A stretch of 64,000 nucleotides of DNA from Thermoanaerobaculia bacterium (GTDB lineage: Bacteria; Acidobacteriota; Thermoanaerobaculia; Gp7-AA8). Each line of letters begins with the position of its first letter. Within the stretch, counting starts at the first letter, position 1. Under the pieces are notes generated by a model, which searched no databases, was not told the DNA's origin, and saw only the letters and a program-made list of their open reading frames with translations. The position numbers were made by a program, and so were the translations under genes. Below, one piece after another: positions 28,183 to 36,628 of the stretch. Location: NCBI GenBank assembly GCA_035627015.1, contig DASPMO010000054.1, positions 32,136 to 96,135 on the forward strand, written 5' to 3'.

Positions 28183-28803
28183 GCTCCGCCAGCAGCCGGA
28201 TCAGTTGCCGTCCCTCGGCGTCCGATTCCTCGTACGTGCGGCAGAGCGTGTCCAGCTCTGCCTCGTCCTCCCAGGCCGCCACGGTGAAGCCTTCCTCCGG
28301 CTGGCGCGGTGAGTCGGTGGGGATGCGCCACCATTTCCCGTCCTTCAGGCGGAAGGACATGTAGCCGCGGCTGCGCTTGCGCAGCGCGCCGCCGAGGCCG
28401 GCCAGGATCGCGGCGCTGTTCGCGTGCGCCTCCTCGCCGGCGGCGTTGGCGCGCTGCGCGTCGAGGATGCGGCGGACGAAGCTCCCCATCAGCTCCTCCA
28501 GCAGCGCCTCCGCATTGCCGACCGGCGCCACGAAATGCACGCCGCTGTGGGAGACCGGGTGCTCGCCGTCGCCGCCGGGCTCGCGCACGACGGTCGTGCG
28601 CACCACCTCGCAGTCGAACTCGACCGGCTCGCTCTGCCAGCGGAAGGAGAGGCGGAACCGGCGGCCCGGCTCGGTCGTCCCATAGTGCTCGAGGAAGGCC
28701 CCGGCCATCCCGATGTCGAGGATCAGGGCGTTGGCCCGGTCCATCGTCGCCAGGATGGGCTTGGCCAGGCGGAGGCGCTGAAACTCTCTGCGTTCCTCGG
28801 TCA
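28163..28803 (-). CDS. PilZ-domain protein (c-di-GMP-binding-like) with a conserved C-terminal domain; paralog 1
   Basis: MTEERREFQRLRL...ILDIGMAGAFLEH (RxxxR ... D/NxSxxG). Only the C-terminal 213 aa of the 848-aa ORF-track frame is credible. Confidence 0.65.
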
Positions 28804-28840
28804 TGGTAAGAGCTTTGCTGACGATATCGCAGGTCGACCC

Positions 28841-30850
28841 TTGAAGCAGTCGCAGGACATCGAACGACGCAGTATCTGGCGCGTCGGGCCGGAGAGCACG
28901 TGGACCACCATTGTGCCCGTCGTGTTCATCATCGTGTCCCTGCTGTCGCTGGTCCTGTTGCCGCTGATCGTCTCGCGGAAAACGGAAAGGATGCGCGACG
29001 AGATCTCCGGCGTCGCCGAGCCGGCCCGCCGCGCCGCGAACGCGATCCAGACCGGCCTCTCGAACGAGCTGGACAAAATCATCGCCTGGCAGGTCACGGG
29101 TCAGGAGAACTATCGCCGCGAGTACCTGACGCTGGTCCAGCAGCAGGAGCTGAACCGGCAGACGCTCTCCCGGCTGCTGCCGCAGCTCGACGAGGAGCTG
29201 ACGAAGGACCTGACCGAGCTCTTCGTCCACACCAGCCGCTGGCATGCGGCGGTCGGACAGGGTGAGTTCATCACCCGCGACCTGCCGGCCGAAGTGCTCC
29301 TGGCGCGTCTCTACGAGAGTCATCCGCCGTACGAGAAATCGCTGCAGGCGGCCTCGGATCTCGAGCTGGAGCTGCAGCAGGGGATCGAGGCGCGCCTGAA
29401 GAGCATTCGCGACACCCAGCAGCTCAATTTCTACGTGACCACCATCCTCACCATCCTGGCGCTCGTCTCGGCGCTGCTGGTGGCGGGGTTGGGACGGCAG
29501 ATGCGCCTCCTCGCGCGCGAAGCCATGCAGCGCCGCCTCGACGCGGAGCGCGAGGCCAACGAGGCCCGTGTGGCGCGCGAGGCGGCCGAGCGCGAGGAGC
29601 GCCGCGCGGCCTTCCTCGGCGCGGCGGGGCAGGAGCTGGCGGCGTCGCTCGATTACCAGCAGACCATCGCCACGCTGGCGCGCCTGATCGTGCCCAACCT
29701 CGCCGAGATGTGCGTGATCGACAGCACCGAGCAGGACTCGACTATCCGCCGCGTCGCGGTCGTACACCGCAATCCGGAGGACGAGACGCGCTTCGCGGGC
29801 ATCGTCGGCTCCGTCCACGAGCAGGTGCCGGAGGCGCTCGTGCGGATCATGCAGGCGGGCGAGCCGGCGCTCGTCGGCACGTCGTCGGCGTTGTACGAGT
29901 ACCTCACCGGTGAGCCAGGCGGCGACGGGCGGACGATGATCCTCCTGCCGCTGGTGAGCCGCGCGCAGACCATCGGCATCGCCGCGGCGATCTCCGCGGC
30001 CGGCAAGCCGCTCACCAGGGACGACCTGCCGCTCTTCGCCGAGCTGGCGCGCCGCGCGTCGCTGGCCATCGACAACGCGCGCCTGTACCTCGAATCGCAG
30101 CAGGCCGTGCGCGCCCGCGAGGAGGTGCTGGCCATCGTGTCGCACGATCTCCGCAATCCGCTCAGTGCCGTGACCCTCGGCGCCTCGCTGCTGGAGATGT
30201 CGGAGGCGCTGGCCGACGAGGACCGCGAACAGGTGGAGACCATCGAGGCCTCGGCCAAGCGCATGAGCCGTCTCATCGAAGACCTCCTCGACGTCACGCG
30301 CCTCGAAGGGGGCAAGCGCCTGCCGATCGAGCCGGCCACGGTCAGCCCCGCGGAGCTGCTTTCCGAGGCGGAGAACCTCTTCCGCGCCCAGGCCGCCGTG
30401 GCCGAGGTGACGATGATCTACGAGGCCGATCGCGACATGCCGCCGGTGCGCGCCGACCGGAACCGCGTGATGCAGGTCCTGTCGAACCTGATCGGCAACT
30501 CGATGAAGTTCACCCCGGCCGGGGGGCGCATCTCCATGCGGGCCAAGCTGGTCGGCGAGGAGGTGCTCTTCTCGACGAGCGACACCGGCCCGGGCATTCC
30601 CCGCGAGCACCTCAGCCACATCTTCAACCCGTACTGGCAGGCCAAGCGGACGGAGCGGCTCGGCGCCGGCCTCGGTCTGTCGATCGCGAAAGGCATCGTC
30701 GAGGCGCACGGCGGGCGGATCTGGGTGGAGAGCGAGCAGGGCCGCGGCACGGACTTTTACTTCACCCTGCCGGTCGACACGGAGGCGCTCACATCGACGG
30801 CGGGATCTGGAGCGCGTCGCTCACACTCAGCTCCGCGAACATCCGAATGA
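28841..30850 (+). CDS. Membrane-anchored sensor histidine kinase with a GAF domain
   Basis: TM helix WTTIVPVVFIIVSLLSLVLLPLIV. GAF-like middle region. HisKA VLAIVSHDLRNPLSAV. HATPase_c NLIGNSMKFTP...GLGLSIAKGIVEAHGG. The start is uncertain (TTG at 28841, or a downstream GTG). Confidence 0.75.
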   Translation: MKQSQDIERRSIWRVGPESTWTTIVPVVFIIVSLLSLVLLPLIVSRKTERMRDEISGVAEPARRAANAIQTGLSNELDKIIAWQVTGQENYRREYLTLVQQQELNRQTLSRLLPQLDEELTKDLTELFVHTSRWHAAVGQGEFITRDLPAEVLLARLYESHPPYEKSLQAASDLELELQQGIEARLKSIRDTQQLNFYVTTILTILALVSALLVAGLGRQMRLLAREAMQRRLDAEREANEARVAREAAEREERRAAFLGAAGQELAASLDYQQTIATLARLIVPNLAEMCVIDSTEQDSTIRRVAVVHRNPEDETRFAGIVGSVHEQVPEALVRIMQAGEPALVGTSSALYEYLTGEPGGDGRTMILLPLVSRAQTIGIAAAISAAGKPLTRDDLPLFAELARRASLAIDNARLYLESQQAVRAREEVLAIVSHDLRNPLSAVTLGASLLEMSEALADEDREQVETIEASAKRMSRLIEDLLDVTRLEGGKRLPIEPATVSPAELLSEAENLFRAQAAVAEVTMIYEADRDMPPVRADRNRVMQVLSNLIGNSMKFTPAGGRISMRAKLVGEEVLFSTSDTGPGIPREHLSHIFNPYWQAKRTERLGAGLGLSIAKGIVEAHGGRIWVESEQGRGTDFYFTLPVDTEALTSTAGSGARRSHSAPRTSE

Positions 30851-31421
30851 GGCGGCGTCCCTCGTCGTCCGAGGACTCGTAGACGGCGCAGAGGCGCTGC
30901 ATCTCGTCCGCGTCCTCCCCCCGCGCCACGGTGAACCCGAGGGCCGGCTGCTCGGGGAGGAAGACCCGGCGCCGGCGCCAGGAGCCGTCCTCGTAGCGAT
31001 AGGAGAGAAAGTGCGCGTCGGTGCCGCGGACGGTCGTGTCGCCGTCGATGGCGCGGAGGATCTTCAGGCGCGTGGCGGAGGAGTCGTACTTCTGCTCGAG
31101 CACGCGCCTCACGAGCTGGGCGAGCATGCTCCGGAGGTGGTCGCCCGAGTCGCCCGTCGCGGAGAGGAAGCGCATGCCGGTGACGTAATGCCCTTCGCTG
31201 CCGCTCGTGCGTACCGCCTCGCAGCGCATCTCGATGCTGCGGCCGTCGTGCTCGAAGCGCAGGTTTGCGTTCGGACCCTCGAGGGCCGTCTTGTGCTCCA
31301 TCCTCGCTCCGAGGATGCCGATCTCGACGAGCGTCGCCGGAACGGTGCCGAAGCGTGCGGCCACCGGCGAGTCGAGACGCAGACGCTGAAACTCACGCCG
31401 CTCCACGCCCTGTTCGTGCAT
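30789..31421 (-). CDS. PilZ-domain protein, paralog 2 (same two-domain architecture as 28163-28803)
   Basis: ERREFQRLRL...LVEIGILGARMEH. The C-terminal block ...GFTVARGEDADEMQRLCAVYESSDDEGRRLIRMFAELSV parallels the paralog 1 block GFTVAAWEDEAELDTLCRTYEESDAEGRQLIRLLAELSV. Confidence 0.65.
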   Translation of the reverse strand: MHEQGVERREFQRLRLDSPVAARFGTVPATLVEIGILGARMEHKTALEGPNANLRFEHDGRSIEMRCEAVRTSGSEGHYVTGMRFLSATGDSGDHLRSMLAQLVRRVLEQKYDSSATRLKILRAIDGDTTVRGTDAHFLSYRYEDGSWRRRRVFLPEQPALGFTVARGEDADEMQRLCAVYESSDDEGRRLIRMFAELSVSDALQIPPSM

Positions 31422-31440
31422 GGAAGGGTATTTTAACGTT

Positions 31441-31530
31441 TATGGAGTGCGGCAGCGCCAGCTGCCGCTTTCGATGCCGCAGCGCCAGCTGCGGCGGGGG
31501 CGGCGGCCCTAATGCAGCGCCCGGCGCATC
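31441..31530. repeat. Family-A palindromic element, copy 2
   Basis: TATGGAGTGCGGCAGCGCCAGCTGCCGCTTTCGATGCCGCAGCGCCAGCTGCGGCG... It abuts the PilZ-2 start and overlaps the stop of the SLT gene. Confidence 0.6.
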
Positions 31531-32174
31531 CGCACCGAGGCGATGTACGACGTCCGGAACCCCTCGCGATAGCGGCGCGTGCGCCGGTTCACCTTGGTGA
31601 TGTAGTTCTTCGTCTCCGTGAACGGCGGGATACCGCCGAAGCGGGCCACGTTTCCTTCGCCGGCGTTGTAAGCGGCCAGGGCGATGGTCTCATCGTCGAA
31701 GCGGTCCAGCAGGTAACGGAAGTAGCGCGTCCCGGCGGCGATGTTCTTCTCCGGGTCGAACGGATCGTCGACGCCGAGGAGCGCCGCCGTGCTGGGGACG
31801 ATCTGCATCAGCCCCTGCGCGCTCTTGCCGGAGACGAGCTTCGGGCGGAAGTCGGACTCGGTGTGCACCATGGCCGCGACCAGCTCCGGCGCCAGGTCGT
31901 TCTTCCGCGCCTCTCGGTAAATGATGTCTCCATAGGGGACGTTGCTGCGGAAGTAGTCCTCCTTGAAGACCTCCAGGCTGAGCGGACGCGCGACCGGCGA
32001 GAGGAACTGCTGGCGCACCGAGTCGGTGATGAGCGGGAGCGCGCTCTGTTGCGTCACCGGCTGCTTCGTCACTTGCGCCGGACGCAAATCGAGCTTCTTC
32101 GTGGCGGTCTTGATGTCGACGGCGGCCAGCGCCAGCGGAATGCCGAGCAGGATCGCCGCGACGCGCGCGGACAT
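31509..32174 (-). CDS. Lytic transglycosylase, SLT domain, secreted (second copy in window)
   Basis: Signal MSARVAAILLGIPLALAAVD. MVHTESDFRP...GLMQI...AAYNAGEGNV. Confidence 0.75.
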   Translation of the reverse strand: MSARVAAILLGIPLALAAVDIKTATKKLDLRPAQVTKQPVTQQSALPLITDSVRQQFLSPVARPLSLEVFKEDYFRSNVPYGDIIYREARKNDLAPELVAAMVHTESDFRPKLVSGKSAQGLMQIVPSTAALLGVDDPFDPEKNIAAGTRYFRYLLDRFDDETIALAAYNAGEGNVARFGGIPPFTETKNYITKVNRRTRRYREGFRTSYIASVRMRRALH

Positions 32175-32354
32175 GCGGACGGTGGCGCGGAACAGCTTGC
32201 GGCGGGAGGAGTGGTGCTGGCACGAGCAGACCACCCGCCAATCGGCTCCTCCGCGCCATTTCGGGGTGTCGTTTCGTAGACTGCGGAGCATCACGGACTT
32301 GCACCAAGGGCAAAAGGCGGACCATCACTGCGAAATAACTGACGCGGCTGGTGT

Positions 32355-33272
32355 TTATGGGACTCTGGTCCCGGACGTGTCGGTAACGGTCTCTTCCGTA
32401 GTGGTCGTTTCGGGGGTCCCGGTGGTCTCGGTCGTTTCCGTGGTCTCGCTCGCGGTCCCGGTCTCCGGCGCCAGATCGGTGTCCGTCGCGGGCGCGGTAC
32501 CGGTCGTTTCGGTGGTTGCGGTGGTCTCCGTGGTCTCGGTCTTCGGCTCGGCGGCGGGCTTCTTCTCCGTCAGCACCTCGCGCTCGAAGAGATAGCCCCA
32601 GCGCTTCATGCGCGAGAGGATCATCCGCTGCCGCGCGCGCAGGCGCCTGTTCGGGCTGCCCGGATTCATCACGCGAGGGTTGGGGAGGCAGCCCGCGAGC
32701 AGCGCGGCCTCGCGCGTCGACAGCGCGGACGCGGACTTGCCGAAGTAGTGGCGCGCCGCCGCCTCGGCGCCGTAAACGCGCTCGCCCATCTCCACGACGT
32801 TCAGGTAGATCTCCAGGATGCGCTTCTTGGACAGGTGCTTCTCGAGGGCGCGGGCGATGAAGTACTCGCGCACTTTGCGCAGCGGGTTGCGCGAGGGGGA
32901 GAGGTAGAGGTTTTTCGCGAGCTGCTGGGTGATGGTGGAGCCGCCGTGCGTGACCTTGCCGCGCTTCCAGTTGCGGTCGAAGGCCTCTTTCATGGCCTCG
33001 ACGTCCACTCCTTCATGGTCGTAGAAGGCGTTGTCCTCGGCCACGAGGACGCCGCGGCGCAGGTAGGGCGAGATCTTCCCGTACGGCACCCAGGTCCACT
33101 TCAGCGCGTCGCTCTTCCCTTCGCGGCGCAGCGTCTTCTTGCGCTGCTCCATGAAGGCGGTCGTTTTCGGGCGCTCGGTGGCGAGCCTGGCCACGTCGGG
33201 GAAGGTGATCCACTCCCAGGCGAGCCACGCCACGAGCAGGAGCAGGACGGCCAGGAGGATGCGCTTCAGCAA
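32355..33272 (-). CDS. mtgA: Monofunctional biosynthetic peptidoglycan transglycosylase (GT51) with a Thr/Glu-rich low-complexity tail
   Basis: N-terminal TM. EDNAFYDHEGVD...GGSTITQQLAKN GT51 motifs. C-terminal (TETTE)n tail. Confidence 0.85.
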   Translation of the reverse strand: MLKRILLAVLLLLVAWLAWEWITFPDVARLATERPKTTAFMEQRKKTLRREGKSDALKWTWVPYGKISPYLRRGVLVAEDNAFYDHEGVDVEAMKEAFDRNWKRGKVTHGGSTITQQLAKNLYLSPSRNPLRKVREYFIARALEKHLSKKRILEIYLNVVEMGERVYGAEAAARHYFGKSASALSTREAALLAGCLPNPRVMNPGSPNRRLRARQRMILSRMKRWGYLFEREVLTEKKPAAEPKTETTETTATTETTGTAPATDTDLAPETGTASETTETTETTGTPETTTTEETVTDTSGTRVP

Positions 33273-33290
33273 CGGAGAAAGGATAGACTA

Positions 33291-33890
33291 ATGCCCATGA
33301 AACGCCTGACTCTCGCCCTCTGCCTGCTGCTGGTCGCGGGTGCGGCGCACGCGTTCGATCCCACGCCCTCGGCCGACTCCCGCGTGTCGATCGGGATCCT
33401 CCGCGCGCCCGACGCCTTCTATTACGAGAACGCCGAGCACGTGCACCGCGCCATCAGCGCGGCGCTGCGCGACGAGCTGCGCTCGCGCGGCTACGAGACC
33501 GTGACCATCGACTGGACGTACGACGACCTCCCGCGCGACGCGAAGCCGATCGTCGACTACTACGTCGAGATCGCCGGCGACTCGCGCACCGACGATCGCG
33601 GCGGCGTGGGCGTGGCCGGCCGGCACGCCAGCATGTCGCTGGGGATGCTCGTCTCCGACGTGGCCGCGGACGTGTTCGTCTACGACGCGTTCACGCTGGA
33701 GGAGCTCGCCCACGAGTCGATGTCGAAGCGCGACAAGGCCTTCGTCCCGACCTCGGTCGGCGTCGGCGGGGGGAGCCTCTTCGCCTGGATCGCCACGCCG
33801 TTCATCGAGCGGGCGCAGGTGCGCAGCGTGGCCAGGCAGCTCGCCCGCGACATCGCCGGCCGCGTCGATGCCGTGGTGCAGAGGCGTTGA
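33291..33890 (+). CDS. Secreted hypothetical protein (199 aa)
   Basis: RBS GGAGAAAGGA. Signal peptide MPMKRLTLALCLLLVAGAAHA. Confidence 0.5.
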   Translation: MPMKRLTLALCLLLVAGAAHAFDPTPSADSRVSIGILRAPDAFYYENAEHVHRAISAALRDELRSRGYETVTIDWTYDDLPRDAKPIVDYYVEIAGDSRTDDRGGVGVAGRHASMSLGMLVSDVAADVFVYDAFTLEELAHESMSKRDKAFVPTSVGVGGGSLFAWIATPFIERAQVRSVARQLARDIAGRVDAVVQRR

Positions 33891-34204
33891 AGCCCGTCCT
33901 GGTCCTGACCACCACCGGCGCGGACTTTGACGCGCGCGCCCTCGCGCATGCTCTGGTCGAGGCGCGCGTGGCCGCCTGTGTGAACATCGTCGAGCGCATC
34001 CACTCGGTCTACCGGTGGGAAGGCCGCGTGGCCGATGACGCCGAGCAGTTGCTGATCATCAAGACCAGCGACGAGCGGGTCGCGGCGCTGCGGGAGGAGC
34101 TGTTCAGGCGGCATCCCTACGACGTGCCGGAGTTCGTGGTCGTGCCGGTCGCGGAGACGTCAGACGCCTACGGCGCGTGGCTGCTTTCGTCGGTAGCGCC
34201 GTAA
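33887..34204 (+). CDS. cutA: Divalent-cation tolerance protein CutA
   Basis: 105 aa ...VLTTTGADFDARALAHALVEARVAACVNIV...YRWEG...; TTG start overlapping the previous stop. Confidence 0.75.
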   Translation: MKPVLVLTTTGADFDARALAHALVEARVAACVNIVERIHSVYRWEGRVADDAEQLLIIKTSDERVAALREELFRRHPYDVPEFVVVPVAETSDAYGAWLLSSVAP

Positions 34205-36535
34205 CACAAAAAACACCACCACCCCGAGGATCGTCACCAGGGTGATGTTCCGCCCGCGCGTGAACGCCTCCGGGTGAAAGACGACGCGCAGGTGGTGCTT
34301 CCCCTTCGGCACGAAGACGCCGATGAAGGCGTGATTGGCGTAGTGCGTCTCGACGCGTTTGCCGTCGATGTACGCGCGCCAGCCCGGCCACTTCGTGTCG
34401 GAGATGACCACCCACCCGTCCAGGTCCATGGTGGCGTCGATCTCGTAGGCCAGCCCATCGCGCCGCGTGACCAGCGTGCCGGGGCCGTTGGAGATCTGGT
34501 GCGCCGGGTACTGCGGCACGGCGATCCAGGCCGTGTCGGCGAAATCGGTGGTGAAGCGCATGCCGCGCAGCACGGCCTCGTCGGTGCGCTCGTAGCGGAT
34601 GTGGCGCGGCACGAACGCGCGCGGCACGACGCGCGTGTTCTCGAACAGGCGGTGATGGCGGTCCTGCAGGACGAGCTTCCACTGCTCGTCGGGCTGCTGC
34701 TCGAGCGAGCCGATGGCGTACTTGACGTTGAGGAAGGAGAGGAACGTCTTCGAGCGGTCCTCGACGATGTTGTAGGAGACGGGCATCGCGCGCGACCAGA
34801 GCGGATACGTCTCGTGGAGGCGCTGGAAGGTCATGGCCTCGTAGCCGCGCGGGTCCTCCAGGCCGTAGAGGGCCGCCGTGTCGGGAACGAGCGCGTAGTG
34901 CATCCCCACGACCCGGAACGGCGTGGCCGGATCGTCCTGCAGATACTGGAAGACGGGGATGGCCGGATAGAACGCCTTCTCCGGCAGCGCCGGATACATC
35001 CTCCCGTCCTCCCACACCCGCTGCACGAGCACGAGCGCGAGGATCCAGCGCGGGTCTCTCCGGAACAGGAGCAGCGCGCCGAGGGCCACCAGCGGAACCA
35101 GCTCCGCCAGCGTGAGCGAAGCGATGACCGCCGGATCGACCCCCGAGCGGATCTCCGAGTCGCGCAGCAACGCCGCCCCGATCGCCAGACCAATCGCCAA
35201 CAACGCAACGGGTGCCAAACGTAGGACGGGTGCTAAACGTAGGACGGGCTTCAGCCCGTCCGGTCGGGCTGAAGCCCGACCTACGCCGTCCACCGCAAAC
35301 GCCGCCAGCACGCAAAGCGCGAACACCGCCGCGAACCCCAGCCGCTCATTCAAAGCAATATCGAACAACGGCAGCGCATGCAGCAGGTCCCCCACCGGCC
35401 AGGCGTTCAGCCCCGCCAGCGCCATGAACGCGAAGAACCCGAAGAAGAACCACGTGTCCCGCCGCCGGTACAGCAGCCCGAGCAGCGCCAGGGCCAGCAC
35501 CACGCTCCCCACCCGCATCGGGTACGCGTCCCATTTCGGCGCGTGCCCCCCTCCCTCCATCCGCCCCCCCGCGAACGGGAAGAGCGACGTCGCCGCGCGC
35601 GCGCCGACCGCCTCCGGCGGCACGTCGAACGGCGCGGCGGCGTAGGCGTCGCGGCGGAAGCGGTACTCCATCGTGTGCGGCGTGACGAAGAAGAACGGCA
35701 GCAGCGAGATCGCGGTCAGCAGCAGCGCCAGCACGCCGCAGAGCGCGGCCAGCGCGATCGTGCGCGGCCGCTTCGTGACGATGACTTCATAGAGGCCGTA
35801 GATCGAACCGACGAAGACGATGTGCAGCACCGACTCCGGATGCCCGGCGAAGACGACCAGCACGAGCGCCAGCGTGAGGAGCACCGCCGCGCGCACATTG
35901 GTCTCGCGCACGACCAGGCGCACGCCGAGGAAGACCAGCGGCAGGAACACCCAGATCCGCCCCAGCGGCCAGGCCACGAAGAGCGCGAGCAGCGCGCAGA
36001 ACGTGTAGCCGGCCGCGGCGATGAGCGCGGCCGTCTCGCCGCAGCCGAGGGCGCGGACGAAGGCGAAGGTGAACAGCGCGCAGAGGAAGAAGGTGAAGGC
36101 GGCGCCGAAGGTCAGCGCCTGCGCGTGCGGGAGGAGCAGGCCGAGGAGCTGGACCGCGTCGTAAGGGGCGGCCTGCATGTTCGCGGCGAGGATCGTCCCG
36201 CAGAGAAGGTACGGGTTCCAGACCGGCCATTCACCCTTGGCCAGCGCCTGCCGCACCGCGCTCTGCCACGGCATCATCTGCATGTAGAGGTCGGAGAGGC
36301 CGGGGTGGTACGGCTTCTCCACGCCGTAGTCGCGCGCGTAGTTGTTGAGCGGCTCGGAGAGGAACGGCAGGTCGATCGGGGCGTAGACGCGGCCGGTGAG
36401 CAGGGCCCGCCCGGTGAAGCAGAGCGGCAGGAGGATCAGCACGATCGCCGCCGTCCGGCTGACGGGCGCGACGAAGCGGCGCCAGACGGCGATCAGGACG
36501 AGCGTGGCGGCCGCGTAGAGAACGATCGCAAGCAA
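34160..36535 (-). CDS. Large polytopic membrane protein, YfhO-like (putative membrane glycosyltransferase family); tandem paralog 1
   Basis: 791 aa. About 13 TM helices in the N-terminal ~480 aa plus a C-terminal soluble domain. TTG start. Contains an in-frame family-B REP (RASARPDGLKPVLRLAPVLRLAP). Confidence 0.6.
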   Translation of the reverse strand: MLAIVLYAAATLVLIAVWRRFVAPVSRTAAIVLILLPLCFTGRALLTGRVYAPIDLPFLSEPLNNYARDYGVEKPYHPGLSDLYMQMMPWQSAVRQALAKGEWPVWNPYLLCGTILAANMQAAPYDAVQLLGLLLPHAQALTFGAAFTFFLCALFTFAFVRALGCGETAALIAAAGYTFCALLALFVAWPLGRIWVFLPLVFLGVRLVVRETNVRAAVLLTLALVLVVFAGHPESVLHIVFVGSIYGLYEVIVTKRPRTIALAALCGVLALLLTAISLLPFFFVTPHTMEYRFRRDAYAAAPFDVPPEAVGARAATSLFPFAGGRMEGGGHAPKWDAYPMRVGSVVLALALLGLLYRRRDTWFFFGFFAFMALAGLNAWPVGDLLHALPLFDIALNERLGFAAVFALCVLAAFAVDGVGRASARPDGLKPVLRLAPVLRLAPVALLAIGLAIGAALLRDSEIRSGVDPAVIASLTLAELVPLVALGALLLFRRDPRWILALVLVQRVWEDGRMYPALPEKAFYPAIPVFQYLQDDPATPFRVVGMHYALVPDTAALYGLEDPRGYEAMTFQRLHETYPLWSRAMPVSYNIVEDRSKTFLSFLNVKYAIGSLEQQPDEQWKLVLQDRHHRLFENTRVVPRAFVPRHIRYERTDEAVLRGMRFTTDFADTAWIAVPQYPAHQISNGPGTLVTRRDGLAYEIDATMDLDGWVVISDTKWPGWRAYIDGKRVETHYANHAFIGVFVPKGKHHLRVVFHPEAFTRGRNITLVTILGVVVFFVLRRYRRKQPRAVGV
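35215..35288. repeat. Family-B REP hairpins (1.5 copies), intragenic and in-frame
   Basis: CAAACGTAGGACGGGTGCTAAACGTAGGACGGGCTTCAGCCCGTCCGGTCGGGCTGAAGCCCGACCTACG. Confidence 0.6.
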
Positions 36536-36628
36536 CGTTCGCGACGGTAAAAGGTAAACGGCAAAAGGTCAAAGCCGGTGTTGCCCGTACGCGAAGCGTC
36601 TGGACTGCGGCAGTCCAGACGCTTCGCG

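Noticed and set aside
28163-30709. 848-aa minus-strand ORF across the histidine kinase
   Set aside because: Only the last 213 aa (PilZ protein) are credible. The rest is the antisense of a well-supported GAF-HisKA-HATPase kinase.
33887-33905. Family-B REP copy at cutA start (TTGAAGCCCGTCCTGG)
   Set aside because: Only a half-site with no palindromic partner. Probably coincidental similarity or a decayed copy.
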